DNA from: Psychrobacter sp. DM4
Lineage (GTDB): Bacteria; Pseudomonadota; Gammaproteobacteria; Pseudomonadales; Moraxellaceae
NCBI RefSeq assembly: GCF_051307035.1
Contig: NZ_CP195536.1
Span: forward strand, 810,001-842,000
Direction of reading: 5' to 3'
Length of the DNA stretch: 32,000 bases
This document shows, piece by piece, positions 26,668 to 32,000 of this stretch (its first letter is position 1; each line of letters starts with the position of its first letter). A model generated the notes under the pieces. The model had not been told where the DNA came from. It saw only the letters and a program-made list of their open reading frames with translations, and ran no database searches. The translations under genes and the position numbers were made by a program.

Positions 26668-27708
26668 ATGATTCCATACTTACTGGTTCTTAGCTTTGTT
26701 ACTTTTTGGATCGTACTAGAACAAAAAGCGCTTAACCGTAAGTCTTTTTGGGTACCTCTAATCGTTCTTACTTTGTTTGCAGGCGTGCGTAGTTTTCGCG
26801 TGGGAACAGATTCTTGGAACTATACTCAAGACTTTAGAGAGCAACTTGACGTCTATAATTTCAAGTTTGAAGCGTTTGTTGAGCTAGGCTACCAAGCATT
26901 AGAATATGCGCTACTTGGCGTGACTCATAGTTATTTTTGGCTATTTATAAGTACTGCATTTATCGTAGTATTTTGCTACCTAACTATCATTAGAAAATAT
27001 AGCGTAGATTATTGGTTCTCTGTGTATTTATTCATAACGCTAGGTATTTATCCCTTCTTTTTTAACGGATTACGCCAAGGTTTAGCGATGGCTATATTTG
27101 CTTTCGCCTTACCCTTTCTATTAGATAAGCGATTGATTCCTTATCTGCTGATATGTTTGTTAGCCTCATTGTTTCATACGACCGCTTTATTTATGATTCC
27201 ATTTTACTTTTTAGTGCACCTCAATATAGCGCCTTTATACAAAATCATAATAACCTTTATAGGGTCTTTTACTATCAGCGGCATGTTGATTGCCTATATT
27301 GCATCGACTAATGCAAGGTATGAGGGGTACGTCGCGACCTCTGACAGTGCTGGAGGGTTGTTCATTTTAGGGTTTTATCTAGCGCTACTATTGTTTATCT
27401 TATTTATTATTCGACTCTATAAAATAAAGGATGAGTCGTTTATCACGCTATTCTCTTTTTATGCGATTGGCGTCGCTTTTATGATACCTATCGCCATGCT
27501 TGGCGCAAACCCATCAGGACCACAGCGGTTATTGAGTTACTTTACGTGGACCCTAGTTTTGATACTGCCTGTCATCTTTAAAAAAATAAATAATATCTAT
27601 ATCACCGGTATCGGCGCAGGGCTTTTTCTTATATATTTTGTTTTAACGACGTCTCGATTTAGTAATTTGACCCCGTATATTATTAACCCCATTTTTGAGA
27701 TTTTCTGA
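26668..27708 (+). CDS. EpsG-family polytopic membrane protein (putative Wzy-type repeat-unit polymerase)
   Basis: LFAGVRSFRVGTDSWNYTQDF after TM1-2 is the EpsG family hallmark (R-x-x-x-G-x-D-x-x-x-Y). There are about 10 TM segments. The stop overlaps the next ATG by 1 nt (TGATG). Confidence 0.75.
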   Translation: MIPYLLVLSFVTFWIVLEQKALNRKSFWVPLIVLTLFAGVRSFRVGTDSWNYTQDFREQLDVYNFKFEAFVELGYQALEYALLGVTHSYFWLFISTAFIVVFCYLTIIRKYSVDYWFSVYLFITLGIYPFFFNGLRQGLAMAIFAFALPFLLDKRLIPYLLICLLASLFHTTALFMIPFYFLVHLNIAPLYKIIITFIGSFTISGMLIAYIASTNARYEGYVATSDSAGGLFILGFYLALLLFILFIIRLYKIKDESFITLFSFYAIGVAFMIPIAMLGANPSGPQRLLSYFTWTLVLILPVIFKKINNIYITGIGAGLFLIYFVLTTSRFSNLTPYIINPIFEIF

Positions 27709-28613
27709 TGAATCCTTCTGCGCCCGTCACTATCTGTATTCCTTTTTACAATGCTGAGTCTACTTTGTTAGAGGCAGTACGTTCTGTATTTGCGCAAACC
27801 CATCAAAACTGGGAGCTCATATTGATTGATGATGGCTCTACAGATGGCTCCTTAGCGATAGCGCAATCGATTAGTGATCCTAGAGTAAGGGTGTATTCAG
27901 ATGGTCAAAATCGCCGTTTGGCGGCGCGTCTCAACGAGTTGGTTGAGAGGGCTCAGTATGACTTTATCGCACGTATGGATGCGGACGACATGATGACGCC
28001 AGATAGAGTACAAAAGCTATTAGATGTCTTGACCACGAATGAAAAGTACGATCTTGCGTCATGCGGTACTTATTCTATCAAGCAAGATGGCTCTTTTAAT
28101 GGTTATAGGGGGGCTGATGAACATAACTATACCTTTAACAAGCTATTAAATAAGTCGCAAGGGTTTTTGCATGCAGGTCTAATAGCACGTAAAAGCTGGT
28201 ATCAGCGCAATCGCTACGATGAGTCGCTACCAGTTGGGCAAGATAGTGAGCTATGGCTACGAGCTGCCAAAGCCGGAGATTTTCGTGCCATCTCCCTCAA
28301 AGAGCCTTTGTACCTGTATCGAGAGGAGGGAAATGTGACACTCCAAAAACTAATAAGCGCCTATCGAGCAGAAAGAGAGCATCACGCGCCTTTAATTGAT
28401 AAAGGATCTAAGAGATTTAGATATATTGCTAAGTCTGCGCTAAAAACAGGAGTGGTACAAGTGATGGCATCAACAGGAACCTTGGACTATCTTCTCAAAC
28501 GTAGAAACAAAAAGAGTAAAAAAACAAAAGCGCCAGACCCAATGCTAAAGACATTTAACAAGGCATTGAATAGTATATATTCAACGAAAATACCAGGTAT
28601 TGACCATGTCTAA
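27708..28613 (+). CDS. Glycosyltransferase family 2
   Basis: VTICIPFYNAESTLLEAVRSVFAQTHQNWELILIDDGSTDGS and ARMDADD (DXD). Confidence 0.85.
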   Translation: MNPSAPVTICIPFYNAESTLLEAVRSVFAQTHQNWELILIDDGSTDGSLAIAQSISDPRVRVYSDGQNRRLAARLNELVERAQYDFIARMDADDMMTPDRVQKLLDVLTTNEKYDLASCGTYSIKQDGSFNGYRGADEHNYTFNKLLNKSQGFLHAGLIARKSWYQRNRYDESLPVGQDSELWLRAAKAGDFRAISLKEPLYLYREEGNVTLQKLISAYRAEREHHAPLIDKGSKRFRYIAKSALKTGVVQVMASTGTLDYLLKRRNKKSKKTKAPDPMLKTFNKALNSIYSTKIPGIDHV

Positions 28614-29748
28614 GCGTAAAGTACTGTTTGTTGCGTCAGTCGCAGAGCATTTTCATGCCTTTCACAGACCTTATCTTAAGTGGTTTTATGATAGCGGATT
28701 TGAGGTGCATGTGGCTTGTCGTGGCGAATTTATAGATAGTAATGTGTCACAGGTATGGCACATTGGTTTTGAGCGATCTCCTTTATCATTATCACATATC
28801 AAAAGCTTGATTCAACTAAAAGCTATTATCGATGATAACGACTACGCCTTGATATCTTGTCATACCCCTATGGCCAGTGTGCTCACGAGGCTATCCGCTA
28901 TTGTCGCTAGAAAAAAAGGCACACCGCTTTTATATACCGCACATGGCTTTCATTTCTTTAAAGGCGCAAGTGCTTGGTCTTGGTTGACATACTATCCTGT
29001 TGAAGTGGCCTTAACTTATATTACTGATGCGATTATCTGTATTAATACAGAAGATTTTGATCTGATACGTACAAAAGGCTCATCTGATACCGAATATTTT
29101 GTGATACCTGGTATCGGCGTAGATTCTGAGCGCTTTAAACCGCCGTTATCTGAACAAAAGATATCTCTAAGAGATGCGTTAAATATCGACAAAGACGATT
29201 TTGTCATCATTTATGCCGCTGAATTCATTGAGAGAAAAAATCATCGATTGCTCATAGATGCCACTGAACGTCTAAGGACGCAAATGAAGAGTTTTACGGT
29301 ATTGCTCGCAGGCAAAGGCGTATTGCTAAGTGAGATTAAATCATATGTCGAGAGCTGCGGGCTTAATCGTCAAATACGCTTTGCCGGATTCGTTACTGAT
29401 ATCGAAAAGTACTATCAAGCCTCTGATATTGTCGTATCGACGAGCAAACAAGAAGGTCTGGGCATCAATCTTGTGGAGGCTATGATGTGTGGATTGCCGC
29501 CTGTTGCGACGATCGATAGGGGACATGGTACGATTATCGAGCATGGTGTGAATGGTGTTTTGTTCGCGCAAGATGACTTGCAAGCGTTAGCTGATGCTAT
29601 ATTCGAGATATATAGCAATGATGAGCGACGTTCTAAAATAGCGAAATCTGCGATAAAGCGGGCGGCAGTATTTGATATTGCTAATGCACTAGATGCTATG
29701 ACAAGGATTTATGCTCAGTTTCTAGATAAAGATACGCGATCAAGCTAG
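28606..29748 (+). CDS. Glycosyltransferase family 4 (same CapM/EpsD-like subgroup as 9061-10218)
   Basis: KVLFVASVAEHFHAFHRPYLKWFYDSGFEVHVA parallels the N-terminus of the 9061 gene. SKQEGLGINLVEAMMCGLPPVATIDRGHGTIIEHGVNG is the GT4 E-x7-E region. ATG 28606 overlaps the upstream stop by 8 nt. Confidence 0.85.
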   Translation: MSKRKVLFVASVAEHFHAFHRPYLKWFYDSGFEVHVACRGEFIDSNVSQVWHIGFERSPLSLSHIKSLIQLKAIIDDNDYALISCHTPMASVLTRLSAIVARKKGTPLLYTAHGFHFFKGASAWSWLTYYPVEVALTYITDAIICINTEDFDLIRTKGSSDTEYFVIPGIGVDSERFKPPLSEQKISLRDALNIDKDDFVIIYAAEFIERKNHRLLIDATERLRTQMKSFTVLLAGKGVLLSEIKSYVESCGLNRQIRFAGFVTDIEKYYQASDIVVSTSKQEGLGINLVEAMMCGLPPVATIDRGHGTIIEHGVNGVLFAQDDLQALADAIFEIYSNDERRSKIAKSAIKRAAVFDIANALDAMTRIYAQFLDKDTRSS

Positions 29749-29836
29749 AAGAGCGGTTTGTAAGTAGTTGATTATCAATTATGTTAAGCCCAGCTCTATA
29801 AGCCTTTGAAATGAAATAAAATTGAGGTAAACGCAG

Positions 29837-30445
29837 ATGTTAAAACGACTTTTTGATATTACTGCCAGTAGTACAGCATTCATTGTGTTATCACCGATAT
29901 ATCTGATGACCGCGTATAAAGTCAGACGACACTTAGGCTCGCCAGTACTGTTTCATCAAATGCGTCCTGGTCTATATGGCAAGCCTTTTGAGATGGTTAA
30001 GTTTCGTACTATGAAAGAGGCGATAGATGCCCAAGGCAATCCATTACCAGATGAGGCGCGCCTCACGTCATTGGGTCACATGCTACGTAATATGAGTTTA
30101 GATGAATTGCCAGAATTATGGAATGTCATCAAAGGCGATATGAGTTTAGTAGGGCCACGTCCACTGTTAATGGAGTATCTGCCTCTATACAACGATGAGC
30201 AAGCACGCCGCCACCACGTGCGTCCTGGCATCACAGGATACGCTCAAATTAACGGACGCAATGCTATCAGTTGGGACGAGAAATTTGCACTTGATATATG
30301 GTACGTTGACCATCAGTCTTTTTGGTTGGATATCAAAATTCTATTCAAAACTGTCCAAAAAGTTATCGTAAGGGACGGTATCAATGCTGACGGCGAAGCG
30401 ACGATGAGCAAATTCACAGGTAATAACACAAGACTAAGCGATTGA
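29837..30445 (+). CDS. Small monotopic phosphoglycosyl transferase (PglC/ItrA-B/WbpL-less type; UDP-2-acetamido-4-amino/acylamino-2,4,6-trideoxyhexose or HexNAc : undecaprenyl-P 1-P transferase)
   Basis: The 202-aa protein has MLKRLFDI..., a re-entrant helix, then SPVLFHQMRPGLYGKPFEMVKFRTM, LDELPELWNVIKGDMSLVGPRP and RPGITGYAQINGRN. This is the canonical small PGT architecture with the Asp-Glu dyad. Confidence 0.9.
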   Translation: MLKRLFDITASSTAFIVLSPIYLMTAYKVRRHLGSPVLFHQMRPGLYGKPFEMVKFRTMKEAIDAQGNPLPDEARLTSLGHMLRNMSLDELPELWNVIKGDMSLVGPRPLLMEYLPLYNDEQARRHHVRPGITGYAQINGRNAISWDEKFALDIWYVDHQSFWLDIKILFKTVQKVIVRDGINADGEATMSKFTGNNTRLSD

Positions 30446-30464
30446 ACACGTTATAGAGGTGCAT

Positions 30465-31670
30465 ATGCTAAATACTAAGTTTTCACCGTGGCCAAGCTTT
30501 ACGGTAGAAGAAGCTGATGCCGTCAGCCGAGTGCTCTTATCTAACAAAGTCAACTACTGGACAGGGAATGAATGTCGTCAGTTTGAGACTGAGTTCGCTG
30601 AGTGGATAGGTAGCACTTATGCAGTAGCAGTGGCCAATGGTACTCTAGCGCTAGACTTGGCACTACAAGCTTTAAATATTGGTATAGGTGATGAGGTCAT
30701 CGTCACCCCGCGTACCTTTATCGCTAGTATCTCCACCGTAGTAAATGCAGGCGCGACACCTATATTCGCCGATGTCGACGAGGTATCAGGGAACATAACC
30801 GCTGAAACTATCGCATTAGTATTGACCGCTAAGACTCGCGCTATCATATGTGTCCACCTTGCAGGTTGGCCTTGTGCTATGGATGGCATCATGGCACTCG
30901 CCGAGCAGCATGATCTATACGTCATAGAGGACTGCGCACAAGCTCATGGCGCACGCTACAAAGATCGTAGTGTCGGGAGTATCGGTCATATAGGGGCATG
31001 GAGCTTTTGCCAAGACAAAATCATGACCACAGGCGGCGAGGGTGGAATGGTCACCACCAACGATGAGCAGCTATGGCGCAAGATGTGGGCATACAAAGAT
31101 CATGGTAAAAGCTTTGCCGCTGTTTATGAGACTGAGCACGCGCTAGGGTATCGCTGGTTACATGAGAGCTTCGGTACCAATTGGCGCATGACGGAGATGC
31201 AGGGGGTCATAGGCCGTATTCAATTAAACAGAATGCAGGATTGGACAACCGCTCGCACCAAGAACGCGCAAGCCATACTAGCCGCTTGCGATAAATGGGC
31301 TGATAAAGGCTATTTATCTGTACCTCGGTTGGAGCAGACGTCAGGCTTTGAGCAGTCCCAGCATGCGTATTACAAATTATACGTCTATGTACAACCGGAT
31401 AACCTAACTCCAGACTGGTCAAGAAATCGCATCATCACGGAAATAAATGAGATGGGCATCCCTTGCTTTTCGGGTTCAGCGTCAGAGGTTTATTTAGAAA
31501 AGGCTTTTGATAACAATGGTTTACGTCCAACAAACAGGCTGCCGATAGCTCAGCGGTTAGGGGAGACAAGTCTAATGTTCTTAGTACATCCAACTTTGAT
31601 GGTTATAGAAATGAATAAGACTGTGCAGGTAATTGATACTGTGTTCTCTAAAATGGACAGTCCCAAATAA
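30465..31670 (+). CDS. PLP-dependent sugar aminotransferase (DegT/DnrJ/EryC1 family; PglE-like UDP-4-keto-6-deoxy-HexNAc 4-aminotransferase)
   Basis: AVANGTLALDLAL, EDCAQAHGA and SFCQDKIMTTGGEGGM (the PLP Schiff-base Lys) are family hallmarks. ATG 30465 with AGAGG at 30455-30459 is preferred over GTG 30459. Confidence 0.9.
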   Translation: MLNTKFSPWPSFTVEEADAVSRVLLSNKVNYWTGNECRQFETEFAEWIGSTYAVAVANGTLALDLALQALNIGIGDEVIVTPRTFIASISTVVNAGATPIFADVDEVSGNITAETIALVLTAKTRAIICVHLAGWPCAMDGIMALAEQHDLYVIEDCAQAHGARYKDRSVGSIGHIGAWSFCQDKIMTTGGEGGMVTTNDEQLWRKMWAYKDHGKSFAAVYETEHALGYRWLHESFGTNWRMTEMQGVIGRIQLNRMQDWTTARTKNAQAILAACDKWADKGYLSVPRLEQTSGFEQSQHAYYKLYVYVQPDNLTPDWSRNRIITEINEMGIPCFSGSASEVYLEKAFDNNGLRPTNRLPIAQRLGETSLMFLVHPTLMVIEMNKTVQVIDTVFSKMDSPK

Positions 31671-31786
31671 ACGACTACTCAAAGATCATTTATCATAAGC
31701 CATCTTTTACTATTGCTGTATCAAAAACAGTCGATAGCTACAGAATCCGCTAAGGTCGATGCTCATCTATAATAATGAGTAATGTT

Positions 31787-32000
31787 CTAAGAAACGTTCT
31801 CAACCGTCCCAATATCGGGTATTGGGGGTAGCTGTTCTAGACTATTCAAGCCAAATGCATCCAAAAACTGCGATGTCGTATGTAGTAGCGCTGGACGCCC
31901 TAGGCTATCTTTGAACCCATCCTCAATTATCCAGCCTTTATCGAACAGTTGGCGCAATATGTTGCTCGATAAGGCCACACCGCGTACATATTCGATATCG
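31787..32000 (-). CDS. scpB: Segregation and condensation protein B (SMC-ScpAB complex subunit), 3' portion; the N-terminus lies beyond the window end
   Basis: The frame is open to the window edge. IEYVRGVALSSNILRQLFDKGWI...GRPALLHTTSQFLDAFGLNSLEQLPPIP matches the second winged-helix domain and C-terminal tail of ScpB. It is convergent with the polysaccharide operon and marks the locus boundary. Confidence 0.8.
   Translation of the reverse strand, partial: DIEYVRGVALSSNILRQLFDKGWIIEDGFKDSLGRPALLHTTSQFLDAFGLNSLEQLPPIPDIGTVENVS

Noticed and set aside
1700-31422. Short (60-102 aa) ORFs antisense to or out of frame with the large + strand genes. Antisense: 1700-1885, 3824-4042, 4241-4498, 6151-6357, 12538-12741, 14458-14640, 14992-15219, 16458-16658, 22908-23132, 22963-23157, 24669-24857, 29016-29210, 29341-29583, 29415-29618, 30617-30925, 31207-31422. 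Same strand, out of frame: 12669-12866, 16176-16379, 17055-17246, 24941-25177.
   Set aside because: Each lies entirely inside a long ORF with clear family motifs. The translations are low-complexity or biased (Ser/Arg/Cys/Leu-rich) as expected for off-frame reading. None has a recognisable SD or motif. They are treated as shadow ORFs.
31671-31786. Expected terminator in the convergent gap between the aminotransferase and scpB.
   Set aside because: Only short imperfect complementarities (for example CTGTA...TACAG) without a T-tract. This is not strong enough to call an intrinsic terminator.
1-32000. A scan by eye of the ORF set and spacers for mobile elements, CRISPR arrays, tRNA/rRNA genes, toxin-antitoxin pairs or known defence-system signatures.
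   Set aside because: No transposase, integrase or recombinase-like ORFs. No terminal inverted repeats flanking the AT-rich islets. No regularly spaced repeats beyond the single 2-copy 13-mer, and no cloverleaf-like GC-rich segments. Every long ORF is explained by glycan biosynthesis or export, or is an orphan embedded in that operon.

Overview
About 31.7 kb of this window is one co-directional (+ strand) surface-polysaccharide biosynthesis region. It is bounded on the right by a convergent housekeeping gene, a partial scpB on the - strand.

It reads as two juxtaposed modules, separated by a strong rho-independent terminator (13321-13350) and a 343-bp AT-rich spacer.

Module A (1-13303) contains:
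- the distal half of a pseudaminic acid pathway: pseF 3' end, pseG, a formyltransferase-fold gene in the pseH slot, and pseI
- an orphan 360-aa protein
- three GT4 glycosyltransferases
- a CapK/PaaK-like adenylate-forming enzyme
- a Wzy-like polytopic membrane protein
- a large WbaP/EpsB-type phosphoglycosyl transferase
- the outer-membrane protein Wzi

Module B (13694-31670) contains:
- the Wzc tyrosine autokinase
- a PglF/CapD-type 4,6-dehydratase
- a fused PglK/Wzk/MsbA-type ABC exporter; no Wzx is visible
- GT25, GT2 and GT4 transferases
- a PP-loop/QueC-like ATPase of unclear role
- a polysaccharide pyruvyl transferase
- an EpsG-type polymerase
- a small PglC/Itr-type initiating transferase
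- a DegT/PglE-type aminotransferase

I found no tRNA/rRNA, CRISPR array, transposase or obvious defence system. Composition and protein style suggest a moderately AT-rich gammaproteobacterium, possibly Moraxellaceae-like, but that is a guess I cannot verify here.

Most interesting items:
- the PP-loop/QueC-like enzyme
- the orphan protein next to pseI
- the formyltransferase in the PseH position
- the ABC flippase within a Wzy/Wzc context
- the missing wza/wzb and missing 4-N-acetyltransferase
- a perfect 17-bp inverted repeat in the wzc leader

All functional calls come from motif recognition by eye in the supplied translations. No database search was run.
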